Assembly: GCA_051883395.1 (NCBI GenBank)
Contig: JBJETQ010000022.1
Span: 2,305 to 66,304 of the forward strand
Direction: 5' to 3'
DNA from: Christensenellales bacterium
GTDB lineage: Bacteria; Bacillota; Clostridia; Christensenellales; UBA3700
Length of the DNA: 64,000 nucleotides
Made by a program: the position numbers and the translations under genes. Positions 1-9,902 of the stretch are shown here, in pieces. Position 1 is the stretch's first letter; the number at the start of each line of letters is the position of its first letter. The notes under the pieces were generated by a model. It was not told the origin of the DNA. It was given only the letters and a program-made list of their open reading frames with translations, and ran no database searches.

Positions 1-257
1 GAAGCGGAGATAAAGCTTCCACAATCGCCGCCGGAAAATTGGAAAGATGGATGGCTGTTGTCAAAGATAAGAAAATACCGCTGAAAATTAGCGATTTGAA
101 ACTGACGGGAGACGATATAAAAAATTTGGGCTACAAAGGCGCAGATATAAGAAAAACTTTGGAAAACCTGAGAGACTGGTGCGTGGAAAACCAAACGGAG
201 AGCAATCGTGAAGAATTGACGGAGATTGCCGTGAGATGGAGGAAGAACAATGGATAA
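1..257 (+). CDS. 3' end of a gene cut by the window edge; C-terminal region resembling CCA-adding enzyme / poly(A) polymerase family
   Basis: Frame 3 is open from the window edge to the stop at 257. The tail LKLTGDDIKNLGYKGADIRKTLENLRDWCVENQ resembles the C-terminal helical part of Firmicutes CCA tRNA nucleotidyltransferases (recollection only). Confidence 0.4.
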   Translation, partial: SGDKASTIAAGKLERWMAVVKDKKIPLKISDLKLTGDDIKNLGYKGADIRKTLENLRDWCVENQTESNREELTEIAVRWRKNNG

Positions 258-1599
258 CGTTATTTTGGCGATTTCGGTTGTGTGTGTCGTGTTGACGGCA
301 ATCGTACTGATTTATATTATTGTAAGGGATAAAAAAGAGAAGAAAAATCAGGACAGCGGTTACGACGAAGTTATTGACGCTTTGGGCGAAGCCGTGAGCA
401 TGGTAAAAGAAAACCAGGAAAATACCGCAAAAAACAGCAGAGAACATATTGTAAGCAATATCAATACGGCTAACAGCACGCTCAATGCTTTGCTCAAAAC
501 GTACATGGATAATTTTGCAAGGCAGATTGACGATATAAATATAAATTTGCGCAACTCGCTCGGCGAGATGAAGACAGAAGTGAAATCGACTCTGTCGGAG
601 ATGAAAGTCGAGCTGAAACAAAGCATCGGAGAATTGAAAACCGAAGTGAGCGAAAGTTTGCAAACGCTGCGTAAGGACAACGAAGCGCAACTGGAAAAGA
701 TGAGAGAAACGGTGGACGAAAAGTTGTCGGGAACGCTGGAAAAGAGAGTAAACGCCGCATTCGAGATGGTAAACAGTCGTCTTGACGCCGTACAAAAGGG
801 CTTTGGTGAGATGCAGAGTTTGTCAGAAAAAGTCGCCAATCTCAACAAATCTTTCAGCAATATCAAGACGAGAGGAAGCTGGGGAGAGGTGGCGCTCAAC
901 AGCCTTCTCGAACAGATGCTGGCGCCTGAGCAATATAAGGCACAGTTTAATATCAAGGGCAAAAACATGGTAGACTTTGCAATTGTTATGCCGGGGCAGG
1001 CAGGAGAAAAAGTCTATCTGCCTATTGACGCAAAATTTCCTGTCGAAGATTATAACAGGCTGGTGGATGCGACCGAAAGGGGAGACGCAGGCGAGATTGA
1101 CAAGGAACGCAAACAACTCAAAATTCGCATCAAGGAAGAAGCAAAGTCTATCAAAGAAAAATATATTGCACCGCCAAAGACTACCAATTTTGCAATCATT
1201 TATCTGCCAAGCGAAGGTCTATATGCCGAAGTAGTAAAAGACAGCGAATTGTGCAACGAATTGCAGTCCAAGTATGCTATTACGGTGTGCGGACCAAGTA
1301 CCATCGCCGCCCTGCTCAACAGTTTGCAGATGGGATTTACTACTCTCAAAATTCAGAAAAAGAGCGCAGAAGTGGTAAAACTTATGCTTGGATTTAAAAA
1401 AGATTTTACTAAGTTTACCGAAACTGTTGGTAAGGCGAGAGCAAAAGCCAACGATACTGTAAAGGAACTGGATAGTATAGATAAAAGAACAGATATTATT
1501 CAGAAGAAACTCGACAAAGTGGACGACCTTGCGGGAGAATACATAGATAAGAATGAAGATATGCCTGCAATAGACGGAGAAGCGCAAGATGAAATATGA
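250..1599 (+). CDS. rmuC: DNA recombination protein RmuC
   Basis: 449 aa with an N-terminal TM helix and a long coiled coil. The C-terminal nuclease-like core (GSWGEVALNSLLEQMLAPEQY ... DFAIVMPG ... YLPIDAKFP) is typical of the RmuC family. Confidence 0.85.
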   Translation: MDNVILAISVVCVVLTAIVLIYIIVRDKKEKKNQDSGYDEVIDALGEAVSMVKENQENTAKNSREHIVSNINTANSTLNALLKTYMDNFARQIDDININLRNSLGEMKTEVKSTLSEMKVELKQSIGELKTEVSESLQTLRKDNEAQLEKMRETVDEKLSGTLEKRVNAAFEMVNSRLDAVQKGFGEMQSLSEKVANLNKSFSNIKTRGSWGEVALNSLLEQMLAPEQYKAQFNIKGKNMVDFAIVMPGQAGEKVYLPIDAKFPVEDYNRLVDATERGDAGEIDKERKQLKIRIKEEAKSIKEKYIAPPKTTNFAIIYLPSEGLYAEVVKDSELCNELQSKYAITVCGPSTIAALLNSLQMGFTTLKIQKKSAEVVKLMLGFKKDFTKFTETVGKARAKANDTVKELDSIDKRTDIIQKKLDKVDDLAGEYIDKNEDMPAIDGEAQDEI

Positions 1600-2404
1600 T
1601 TTGCATATACATTCGATATTCAGCGACGGAACGGACGCTCCCGTCGCTATCGTGGAGAAAGCGAAGCAAAAAGGGTTGAGCGCCATTGCGCTGACTGACC
1701 ACGATACGATAGACGGTCTTGATGAATGCAGAGATGCGGCAAAGTCCGCAGGAATTGAGTTTGTGGACGGTTTGGAATTGTCTACTTATTCAATGTCCGA
1801 AGTGCATATTCTCGGCTATGGGTTTGACCGCAAAAGCGACAGATTGCATTCTGCGCTGTCCGACTTTGCCGCAAGGCGTGTAGAGAGAATAAAGAATATT
1901 CTGGCATTGTTGGGTAAATTCAAAATAAATCTCGATTATGATAGCGTGGCTTCTAACGCAGGCGGTGCTATCGGCAGAATGCACGTGGCAAACGAACTTA
2001 TCAAAAAGGGCTTTTGCACGAGTGTACACGAAGCGTTTGACAGATATTTGGGAGTAAACGGGCTTGCTTATGTTCCGTCTAAGAGAATTACTCCAATGGA
2101 AGGCGTAAAACTGATAAAGAATTGCAAAGGGCTGGCGATTCTGGCTCATCCTTTGAGATTTTTGCAAACGGGAAAATTCAACGATTTTGTGTACGGACTC
2201 AAACCGTTTGGTCTGGACGGAGTTGAAGCGTATTATCCTACTCACGACGAAAAGACTGTCAGAAATATCACCATGATTGCAAAGCAAAACGGAATGATTG
2301 TAACGGGCGGTACGGACTATCACGGAGCCAACAAAAACGTGGAGTTGGGAAGCGTGGACGTCAGACTCGACGACAAGGCAAAGAAAAAGTTGAAAATAAA
2401 ATAA
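1589..2404 (+). CDS. PHP-domain phosphoesterase (TrpH/YciV-like)
   Basis: The N-terminus MKYDLHIHSIFSDGTD carries the PHP metal-binding HxH motif. Also present: ALTDHDT, LAHP and GGTDYHG. Overlaps the rmuC stop by 11 nt. Confidence 0.8.
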   Translation: MKYDLHIHSIFSDGTDAPVAIVEKAKQKGLSAIALTDHDTIDGLDECRDAAKSAGIEFVDGLELSTYSMSEVHILGYGFDRKSDRLHSALSDFAARRVERIKNILALLGKFKINLDYDSVASNAGGAIGRMHVANELIKKGFCTSVHEAFDRYLGVNGLAYVPSKRITPMEGVKLIKNCKGLAILAHPLRFLQTGKFNDFVYGLKPFGLDGVEAYYPTHDEKTVRNITMIAKQNGMIVTGGTDYHGANKNVELGSVDVRLDDKAKKKLKIK

Positions 2405-2425
2405 ATTATTACGCATAATAGACTT

Positions 2426-3364
2426 GTGGAAAGAGATGTAAGGACAAGTCGGATAAAGTTGAAAGCAGTCCTAATGACAGGTCTGCTTTTTGCGTATATG
2501 ATTTTGCAAACGTGCGGCTTTGGGAGTGTCGGTCAAAATACGGCTGAAAAATATGTAAGAGACGACGTCCGCAATATATATGCCAGTGAAGACAATGGTC
2601 TGACGAGAATGTCGTCAGGTGATGATTTTGTCGGCAATTTTAGTCCAAAAACTCAAAACATATCGACCTTTTCGACTTCTTTTGAAACTTCTACCCAAGG
2701 ACGTATACACAATATCACGCTTGCCACGGGTAATTTTAGTTGGTTGCTTGTGGAAGCAGGCGGAAGGTTAAGCTTTAATACCGTGGTCGGCGCAAGGACG
2801 CAGGAGCGGGGATATGCCAATGCCAAAGTCATATTGTGGGGAGAATACGTTGACGGAGTGGGCGGCGGAGTGTGTCAGGTTTCGACCACGCTTTACAACG
2901 CCTGGATAAGAGCAGGACTGGGCGTAGAGCAGGTGGTCAATCATAGTCTGCCGTCATCTTATTGTGAGTTGAGTCAGGACGCTACCGTGAGCGAATATAC
3001 CGATATGATTCTTGTCAACGACAGCGGCTACGACGTGATAGTCAACGGAAAAGTGGAAGGAAAAACCGTTACCTTTAATATCTACGGCGCTCCCAGCGAA
3101 TATACTTATGATATACGGAGCAGTCTGCTGGAAGTTCTGCCGCCTACCGCCCCCGAAGTGGTGTATAGCGCTACGCTGGAAGGAATGGGAGAAATTTTTG
3201 AAGACGGAGAAGGCCAATACGTGGTTCTTCGACAAGAAAAAAACGGATACCGCTCGCAAGCAGTACGAATAAAATACAAAAACGGCGTGGAAGTTGAAAG
3301 CAAGTTGCTCAGGGTAGATACCTACCAACCGAGTCGTGGAAAAATATGCGTCAAACGTCCGTAA
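2426..3364 (+). CDS. VanW family protein
   Basis: N-terminal hydrophobic anchor. The core GGGVCQVSTTLYNAWIRAGL ... VNHSLPSSY is typical of the VanW domain. The start codon is uncertain: GTG at 2426 or ATG at 2474. Confidence 0.7.
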   Translation: MERDVRTSRIKLKAVLMTGLLFAYMILQTCGFGSVGQNTAEKYVRDDVRNIYASEDNGLTRMSSGDDFVGNFSPKTQNISTFSTSFETSTQGRIHNITLATGNFSWLLVEAGGRLSFNTVVGARTQERGYANAKVILWGEYVDGVGGGVCQVSTTLYNAWIRAGLGVEQVVNHSLPSSYCELSQDATVSEYTDMILVNDSGYDVIVNGKVEGKTVTFNIYGAPSEYTYDIRSSLLEVLPPTAPEVVYSATLEGMGEIFEDGEGQYVVLRQEKNGYRSQAVRIKYKNGVEVESKLLRVDTYQPSRGKICVKRP

Positions 3365-3369
3365 AAACA

Positions 3370-3398
3370 TTGAAAAAACCCTTAGAGCGTGATATAAT
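3370..3398 (+). promoter_or_regulatory. sigma-A type promoter upstream of the phosphoglucomutase gene
   Basis: TTGAAA (3370-3375), a 17-nt spacer ending in TG, then TATAAT (3393-3398). Confidence 0.45.
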
Positions 3399-3419
3399 CT
3401 TGATATTAAGGAGATGTCT

Positions 3420-5162
3420 ATGGATTATTTGAAAAATTATCAATATTGGAAAAGCAACGTTGCGCAGGAGTATGGAGCCGAGATGGAAACCATCGGCAGC
3501 GACGACAAGGAAATGAAAGAGAGATTTACTTTGCCGCTGGCATTTGGAACGGCAGGTATGCGTGGTACTATCGGCATGGGTATAAGCAACATGAACGTTT
3601 ATACCGTGGCTAGAGCCAGCCTGGGACTTGCACAATACATATTGAGCCTTGGCAAAAAGCAAGCCGAAATGGGCGTAGTAATATCATATGATACCCGAAG
3701 AATGTCTTTTGAATTTGCTTTGACGACGGCAAGAGTGCTGGCGGCAAAAGGCATAAAAGTAAGAATTTTTGAAAACGTCAGACCTGTGCCTATGTGTTCG
3801 TTTGCCGTAAGGCATCTGGGCTGTATAGCGGGCGTTATGATTACCGCAAGCCACAATCCAAAAGAGTACAACGGATACAAGGTGTACGGCGACGACGGAG
3901 CGCAAATGTCGCCGGAAGCAACTAAAAAAGTGGTGGAATTTATAGACCGTGCAGACTATTTCGGCATTGAATTGCAGGCGGTCAGCTCTACCAATCGTCA
4001 GGACGTTGTTGGCAAAGATAATTATGAGTTGGGCGACAATATCACGGTGGTGGGAGCAAGCGTCGACAACGCTTATTATGATACTATCGAAAAGTTGGGG
4101 CTTTCCGCTCAATCTGTCAGGAGAGTAGGCAAAGAAATAAAAATCGTTTATAGTCCTATTCACGGCTCCGGTTGGATTCCCGTTACCACAATTCTTGCAA
4201 GAATGGGTATAGAAGTCAACGTGGTAGAAGAACAAAAATATCCCGACACCGAATTTTCTACGGTAAGCGTACCTAACCCTGAGCAAAGCGAAGCACTATC
4301 AATGGGCGTGGCTCTTGCTGATAAACTTGGTAGCGATATAGTAATAGGTACGGACCCGGATTGCGACAGAATGGGTGTAGCGGTGAGAGATAATCAAGGA
4401 AAATTTGTCCTTCTCAACGGCAATCAGATTGGCGCAATGTTGATGAATTATATTTTGTCAAGAAGACAGGAAGAAGGAACCATGCCTTCCAATCCCGCCG
4501 TTGTGAAGACAATAGTTACCACTCGTCTTGCCGACAGAATTGCACGCAGTTACGGCGTGAGAGTTTACGACGTGTTGACGGGCTTTAAATTTATCGGAGA
4601 AAAGATAAAAGAGTGGGAAACGAGCGGAGAAAGCACATTCCTGTTCGGCTATGAAGAGAGCTACGGCTATTTGTCAGGCACTCATGCAAGAGATAAGGAC
4701 GCCGTGGTAGCCAGCATGTTGTTTGCCGAGATGGTGTGTTACTACACCGACAAAGGCGTAAAGGTGTACGACAAATTGCAAGAATTGTTTGATAAATTCG
4801 GCTATTTTGTAGAAAATAGCAAGTCGATATTCTTCAAGGGCCTTGACGGAATGCAAAACATGGCAGAGATAATGATAAAATTCAGAAAGAGCGACATAAA
4901 GGAAATCGCAGGTTGCAGCGTCGTAAGCAAGACGGATCTCAACGTGAGCAAGAAATATAATGCAGACGGCAGCGTGGAGAGCGTGGATTTGCCTGAGACC
5001 AACGTGGTAAAGTGGGATTTGGGAAATGATGAGTGGGCGTGCGTAAGACCAAGCGGAACGGAACCGAAACTCAAAATTTATGTGTCAACCAATGCAAGCG
5101 ATAAGCAGGTCGCCGCTGAAAAAAATCAAAAGATTATGACGGCAATATCAGAGATGATTTGA
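3420..5162 (+). CDS. pgcA: phosphoglucomutase / phosphomannomutase (alpha-D-phosphohexomutase family)
   Basis: Active-site loop TASHNPKEYNGYKVY, metal loop GTDPDCDR and sugar loop GYEESYGY. The AAGGAG RBS at 3408-3413 favours ATG 3420 over ATG 3414. Confidence 0.85.
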   Translation: MDYLKNYQYWKSNVAQEYGAEMETIGSDDKEMKERFTLPLAFGTAGMRGTIGMGISNMNVYTVARASLGLAQYILSLGKKQAEMGVVISYDTRRMSFEFALTTARVLAAKGIKVRIFENVRPVPMCSFAVRHLGCIAGVMITASHNPKEYNGYKVYGDDGAQMSPEATKKVVEFIDRADYFGIELQAVSSTNRQDVVGKDNYELGDNITVVGASVDNAYYDTIEKLGLSAQSVRRVGKEIKIVYSPIHGSGWIPVTTILARMGIEVNVVEEQKYPDTEFSTVSVPNPEQSEALSMGVALADKLGSDIVIGTDPDCDRMGVAVRDNQGKFVLLNGNQIGAMLMNYILSRRQEEGTMPSNPAVVKTIVTTRLADRIARSYGVRVYDVLTGFKFIGEKIKEWETSGESTFLFGYEESYGYLSGTHARDKDAVVASMLFAEMVCYYTDKGVKVYDKLQELFDKFGYFVENSKSIFFKGLDGMQNMAEIMIKFRKSDIKEIAGCSVVSKTDLNVSKKYNADGSVESVDLPETNVVKWDLGNDEWACVRPSGTEPKLKIYVSTNASDKQVAAEKNQKIMTAISEMI

Positions 5163-5175
5163 CATCGGCATACAA

Positions 5176-5219
5176 AGACGCACGAGAACAGGTTGTGATT
5201 CGGTGCGTCTTTTTTTTTG
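5176..5219 (+). terminator. rho-independent terminator of pgcA
   Basis: Stem GACGCAC (5177-5183) pairs with GTGCGTC (5203-5209), followed by a T9 run. Confidence 0.7.
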
Positions 5220-5301
5220 TAGCAAAAGTTGTGGCGAAAAGGCTTGAAGCCGATTCGCCACGTGGGGAAGGGTAAATATATAGATTTACCCTGATGTAGG
5301 T

Positions 5302-5327
5302 AAAAAGTCGATACGTATCGACTTTTT
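5302..5327. terminator. perfect 26-nt palindrome between convergent genes (bidirectional hairpin)
   Basis: AAAAAGTCGATACGTATCGACTTTTT has an A-run and T-run flanking a GC-containing palindrome. It overlaps the stop codon of the minus-strand gene. Confidence 0.55.
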
Positions 5328-5835
5328 AGTATGCCGATTGTCCGTCGGCAAGGGTTTGTAACAGGTCTTCGAATATTGAAACGTGCAACTCTTCGTCCAT
5401 AATTATACGAGAAATAAGGTCTTTGAGAGAAGCATTGGACACACAGCTTATTGTGCGACGATATTTGGCGATTGCTTGTCTTTCGGCTTCGATATTGGCA
5501 CGGAGAGCGGCAACGGGATTTTTTATGTAATTGACGTTGCTTCCCGACCAAAAGCATGTGCTTCCTGCTATGATAGGGTCGCCGCCCGCAAGTGTTATTG
5601 CTTCACCCAGCAGCTCGTGATGGTGCATTTCGGTTACGGCAATACCCAGCAGGGCGTCTCCGATTTGCGGATAATCTGCGTCAAGCACGTAGTGTTGATA
5701 TATATATTGCATAATTGCGGTGGTTTCACTCTTACGACCGCCATAATCGTCCACCAGACAGCGGACTTCTTTTGGGGATAAATAGCCCGTAATTTCGGGA
5801 TACGGAAGTGATAAAGAATATTGTCTTGTATCCAT
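5326..5835 (-). CDS. ferritin-like / manganese catalase family protein (CotJC-like)
   Basis: 169 aa with paired E..H di-metal motifs (TEMHHHELLGEAI and MDEELHVSIFEDL), as in CotJC-type spore proteins. AAAGGAG RBS lies upstream. Confidence 0.7.
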   Translation of the reverse strand: MDTRQYSLSLPYPEITGYLSPKEVRCLVDDYGGRKSETTAIMQYIYQHYVLDADYPQIGDALLGIAVTEMHHHELLGEAITLAGGDPIIAGSTCFWSGSNVNYIKNPVAALRANIEAERQAIAKYRRTISCVSNASLKDLISRIIMDEELHVSIFEDLLQTLADGQSAY

Positions 5836-6067
5836 ATTAAGCTCCTTTTACTAGTCTTAGTTATTGTATTCAAATAGTCTCATTTGTGATACTCGTCGGC
5901 AAATATTTGATTGAAATAAGTAAAATAGGCGCAGAAATGAAATACACGACGATTAATTTTTGGTATGCAAAAGCAATAAAAGGTCAAAATTTTATAAAAA
6001 ACAGTTGAAATTTGATAATCGGTATGCTATTATAGGTAAGCAATCAAAATATGGAGGATTGTTATTG

Positions 6068-6364
6068 ATGGACTTTATGTATATGCTCTCAGCAGCATTG
6101 ATACCGGCAGAAGTAACCAATTGGTTGCGTCCAACGCTTCAAATTCTCATGGCTTTGGTAAGCGTGGCTGCTATCGTTATCATTCTGATGCAAAAGGGTA
6201 CTAATAATAATATAGGCGTAATCGGCGGACAGGAAACCGACACGTATGCAGGTAAGAATAAAGCAAAATCCAAGGAAAGCATTTTGAGAAAGCTCACGAT
6301 AGTAATGGGCGTTTTGTTCTTGGTGATATCGGTATTGTTCTTTATCACTTATCTTGAAGCATAA
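6068..6364 (+). CDS. secG: preprotein translocase subunit SecG
   Basis: Two TM helices with the central loop QKGTNNNIGVIGGQ typical of SecG. GGAGGA RBS precedes ATG 6068. The longer ORF from 5960 has no support. Confidence 0.8.
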   Translation: MDFMYMLSAALIPAEVTNWLRPTLQILMALVSVAAIVIILMQKGTNNNIGVIGGQETDTYAGKNKAKSKESILRKLTIVMGVLFLVISVLFFITYLEA

Positions 6365-6381
6365 CGTAAGACGAAGTTGTG

Positions 6382-6410
6382 GTCCTCACCGATTGGTGAG
6401 GACTTTTTTT
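6382..6410 (+). terminator. rho-independent terminator of secG
   Basis: GTCCTCACC-GATT-GGTGAGGAC followed by T7. Confidence 0.8.
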
Positions 6411-6564
6411 ATAGGAACGTGCAACTGCTGCTAAAGGACGTGGTGTATGACGCTAAGAGATAGTCCCGATAGAATATGAGATATAGCTGCGGACAAGGTA
6501 AGGAGCAAACGTTGAAAAAAATAGACTCTATACAAAATAAAAAAAAGAGTATATAATAAATAAG

Positions 6565-7026
6565 ATGGACAATATAAAAATCGTTGAAAATAACAAGAAA
6601 GCCTACTTTGATTATTTTATTGAAGACACTCTTGAAGCAGGCATAGTGCTGACGGGGAGTGAAGTCAAGTCAATAAGACAGGGGCATATCAATATCAAAG
6701 ACAGCTTTTGTACCATTGTCGACGGAGAGATGTGGCTTGTCAATGCACATATCCGCCCCTATGAAATGGGCAGTTATTTTAACGTGGACAGCAAAAGAAG
6801 AAGAAAGCTGTTGATGAACAAGCGGGAGATAAACAAATTGCGTGGTTACGTTACTCAAAAGGGCTATACCCTTGTGCCTACCAAAGTTTATTTCAAGCAA
6901 GGTCTGGTCAAGGTGGAAGTAGGGCTTGCCAAAGGTAAGGAACTGCACGATAAACGGCGCTCTTTGGCAGAAAAACAGACTAGACGGGACGTTGAAAGAC
7001 AAATAAAACAATATAATGCAAAGTAA
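6565..7026 (+). CDS. smpB: SsrA-binding protein SmpB
   Basis: NKKAYFDYFIEDTLEAGIVLTGSEVKSIRQG ... KRRRKLLMNKREINKL ... GKELHDKR is a canonical SmpB sequence. Confidence 0.95.
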   Translation: MDNIKIVENNKKAYFDYFIEDTLEAGIVLTGSEVKSIRQGHINIKDSFCTIVDGEMWLVNAHIRPYEMGSYFNVDSKRRRKLLMNKREINKLRGYVTQKGYTLVPTKVYFKQGLVKVEVGLAKGKELHDKRRSLAEKQTRRDVERQIKQYNAK

Positions 7027-7039
7027 GGAGAAGAAATAT

Positions 7040-8308
7040 ATGAAGATAGATACCAATTGTGTTCAAGGCGGATATAGCCCAAAGAACGGTGAAGCGAGAG
7101 TTTTGCCTATATATCAAAGCACGACGTTTGCTTATGATACTCCCGAACAACTTGCCGACGTGTTCGATCTCAAAGATCCCGGCTTTATGTACACTCGTCT
7201 GGGCAATCCAACCGTCAATTATTTTGAAGATAAGATTGCTTTGCTTGAAGGCGGAGTAGGAGCGCTTGCAACTTCTTCCGGACAAGCTGCATCGTTGCTT
7301 GCCATTCTCAACGTGTGCAACGCAGGCGATAACATTATCGCAGTCAACAAAATATATGGCGGCACCTTCAATCTTCTCAACGTAACGCTGAGAAGGTCGG
7401 GGATAGAAACTCGTTTTGTGGACCCCGAAGCAGACGCCGACGAGATAGAAAAACTTATCGATGACAAGACTAAGGTTATATTTGGTGAAACCGTTGCCAA
7501 TCCCGCTATGACTATTTTTGATTTTGACAAGTTTACTGCCATAGGCAAAAAATACGGCATTCTGGTGTTTGTTGACAATACGCTGGCTACGCCGATTTTG
7601 TGCAGACCTTTGGAATTGGGCGCAAACGTAGTGATTCACTCTACTACCAAATATATCGACGGACATGCTTGTTGCGTGGGCGGTATAATTGTGGACGGCG
7701 GAAATTTTAATTTTGTCGGCAATCCACGTTATCCTATGTTCAATGAACCGGACGCAAGCTATCACGGCATGGTGTATACCAGAGATTGCGGAAATAAGGC
7801 GTTTGTTGTCAAGGCAAGGGTTCAGCTTTTGAGAGATTTGGGTACTACCATGAGTCCGTTTAACGCCTTTTTGACCAACATGGGCGCCGAAACTTTGCAT
7901 CTGAGAATGGAAAAACACAGCTCAAATGCTCTTGCTGTTGCAAAGGCGCTGGCAAACAACCCTAAGATTGAAGAAGTGAGATACAACGGCCTGGAAAGCG
8001 ATCCGAGCTACGAGCGAGCATGCAAATATTATCTGGGCAGGGGCTTTGGCGGAATGATGACTTTCTGCGTCAAGGGTGGCAGAGATGCGGCTAACAAAGT
8101 GATGAAGAACCTTAAACTTGCAAAAATCGTTACTCACGTGGCTGATGCAAGAACATGCGTGCTGCACCCAGCAAGCACTACTCACAGACAGCTTTCTGAC
8201 GAGCAATTGGTTGCTTGCGGAATCAAGGACAATCTTATCAGACTTTCGGTGGGCATTGAAGACGCCGAAGATATAATTGCAGATCTCGAACAAGCGTTGA
8301 ACGCATAA
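7040..8308 (+). CDS. metY: O-acetylhomoserine aminocarboxypropyltransferase (sulfhydrylase), Cys/Met-metabolism PLP family
   Basis: PIYQSTTFAY, NPT, HSTTKYIDGH (the PLP-binding lysine context) and HPASTTHRQL. AAGGAG RBS at 7025; ATG 7040 lies 13 nt after the smpB stop. Confidence 0.85.
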   Translation: MKIDTNCVQGGYSPKNGEARVLPIYQSTTFAYDTPEQLADVFDLKDPGFMYTRLGNPTVNYFEDKIALLEGGVGALATSSGQAASLLAILNVCNAGDNIIAVNKIYGGTFNLLNVTLRRSGIETRFVDPEADADEIEKLIDDKTKVIFGETVANPAMTIFDFDKFTAIGKKYGILVFVDNTLATPILCRPLELGANVVIHSTTKYIDGHACCVGGIIVDGGNFNFVGNPRYPMFNEPDASYHGMVYTRDCGNKAFVVKARVQLLRDLGTTMSPFNAFLTNMGAETLHLRMEKHSSNALAVAKALANNPKIEEVRYNGLESDPSYERACKYYLGRGFGGMMTFCVKGGRDAANKVMKNLKLAKIVTHVADARTCVLHPASTTHRQLSDEQLVACGIKDNLIRLSVGIEDAEDIIADLEQALNA

Positions 8309-8332
8309 ATAACAACTACAAAGGAGAAAAAT

Positions 8333-9253
8333 ATGCCAATAGTAATTCCTAAATCATTACCTGCGTTTCAAATATTGACCAAGGAACGAATTTTCGTTAT
8401 GCCTCAGGCAAGGGCTATAAAACAGGATATAAGACCTATTCAGATAGCCATCGTCAACCTGATGCCGACAAAAATCGATACCGAAACGCAGCTTATGCGA
8501 TTGCTGGGTAATTCTCCTTTGCAAATCGAAGTTACGTTGGTTGCTATGGACAGCTATACTTCCCGCCATACACCGTTGGAACATATGGAAAAGTTCTATA
8601 AGACGTTCGACCAGATAAAGGATACGAAATTTGACGGAATGATTATTACCGGCGCTCCGGTGGAACAGATGGCATTTGAAGAAGTGGCGTATTGGAAAGA
8701 ATTGACCAGAATAATGGATTTTTGCGAGAGTAACGTTACTTCAACAATTTATATCTGTTGGGGAGCTCAGGCAGGCTTGTATTATCACTACGGAATAAAT
8801 AAGCATAACCTGGACAAAAAGCTCTTTGGAGTGTGCAGCAACGTAAGCTGCGACCCTAAGGAATTGTTGCTCAAAGGTATGGACGATACTATTTATATCC
8901 CTATGTCAAGACATACTGCTGTGGACGATAAAGCTATTGTCGCCACTCCTGACCTGGTGCCACTTGCATACGGCGACGACTGCGGTTACAGTATTATCAA
9001 GAGCAAAGACAATCGTAAGTTTTTCTTTATGGGACACAGCGAGTACGACAGAGAAACGTTGCGCAACGAGTACCTTAGAGATAAGGAAAAGGGGTTGGAT
9101 ATAGAACAGCCTTTCAACTATTTCGTGGGCAGAGACATCAACAAAATAGATATGAAATGGAAGTCTACTGCCAACTTGTTGTTCTATAATTGGCTCAACT
9201 ATTACGTATATCAGGTTACGCCATACGATCTGACGGCAGATTTGCATCGTTGA
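8333..9253 (+). CDS. metA: homoserine O-acyltransferase MetA (MetA/HTS family)
   Basis: MPIVIPKSLPAF ... IRPIQIAIVNLMP.K..TE.QL.RLL ... FDGMIITGAP ... ICWGAQA is a canonical MetA sequence. Confidence 0.9.
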   Translation: MPIVIPKSLPAFQILTKERIFVMPQARAIKQDIRPIQIAIVNLMPTKIDTETQLMRLLGNSPLQIEVTLVAMDSYTSRHTPLEHMEKFYKTFDQIKDTKFDGMIITGAPVEQMAFEEVAYWKELTRIMDFCESNVTSTIYICWGAQAGLYYHYGINKHNLDKKLFGVCSNVSCDPKELLLKGMDDTIYIPMSRHTAVDDKAIVATPDLVPLAYGDDCGYSIIKSKDNRKFFFMGHSEYDRETLRNEYLRDKEKGLDIEQPFNYFVGRDINKIDMKWKSTANLLFYNWLNYYVYQVTPYDLTADLHR

Positions 9254-9553
9254 TTTTGACGAGCAGCAACTGCCGCCAAGGGTGCAAATATATTTGACAA
9301 GAAAAAGTTACTGCTCTTTGTACCGACTCATACTTCCATCGCCAATATCGGAGAGAGTCGTGCAAGAGCAGAAAAAAATGTCGACGTATACTGTAATATT
9401 GGAAGAATTTGTGCGGTAGAAAGTGTTGTAAACTAAGCAAAATATTTGTACACTATAATAGTTAGGCAATTACGATAGCATAATACGTTTAGAAAAAAAT
9501 CAAATTGCTTTGTTATCAAAAAAATAAAAAATGTTGACACGTATCGACTTTAT

Positions 9554-9896
9554 GGGGGTGTAACGGATTCGACAGGAGAAATGATGATTGTGTAAGCACG
9601 GCGAAGGCTCGGCTTCGTAAAAACGGAAATTAAATTTAAACGCTAATAATAACAAACAAATTGCCGTAGCTGCTTAATTGCTCGGCTGTCGTCCGAAGAA
9701 TCCACGACTTCGGAACGGCATCAGCTAGTGGAAAGTGCCTAAGGGAAGTGCCCGTACCCATAGGCGAGATCAGGGCTAGTTTGGCGACGATTTGGTAGCG
9801 TTGGCATCGTCAAAGACCAATCAACGCATACTAACCGTGTAGAAAGCGCAGTAGGAATTCTTTTGGACGCGGGTTCAACTCCCGCCATCTCCACCA
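9554..9896 (+). ncRNA. ssrA: tmRNA (SsrA)
   Basis: The 5' end GGGGGTGTAACGGATTCGACAGG and the 3' tRNA-like end GGACGCGGGTTCAACTCCCGCCATCTCCACCA are both present. The tag reading frame is 9642-9677: GCT AAT AAT AAC AAA CAA ATT GCC GTA GCT GCT TAA, giving ANNNKQIAVAA. Confidence 0.9.
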
Positions 9897-9902
9897 ATAC
9901 AA

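Noticed and set aside
5960-6067. An N-terminal extension of secG (the ORF track start at 5960).
   Set aside because: The extension is Lys-rich and has no RBS. ATG 6068 follows a GGAGGA RBS and gives a normal-length SecG.
6365-6564. A possible riboswitch or T-box leader upstream of smpB-metY-metA.
   Set aside because: I could not recognise SAM-I, SAM-II or T-box hallmarks by eye (for example the T-box AGGGUGGUACCGCG-type motif or the SAM-I kink-turn/GA motifs). This is left as a check for Infernal and not claimed as a feature.
9536-9551. The 16-nt sequence GACACGTATCGACTTT just upstream of the tmRNA recurs inverted at 18194-18209, at the left edge of the A+T-rich island. It is also related to the 26-nt palindrome at 5302-5327. 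I considered att-like or dispersed repeat sites.
   Set aside because: A single 16-nt match on either strand within 64 kb is about what chance predicts (roughly 4e9 position pairs against 4^16). The third copy shares only 13 nt. No integrase is present, and the tmRNA-proximal copy is on the 5' side, not the usual 3' integration side. This is not enough evidence.
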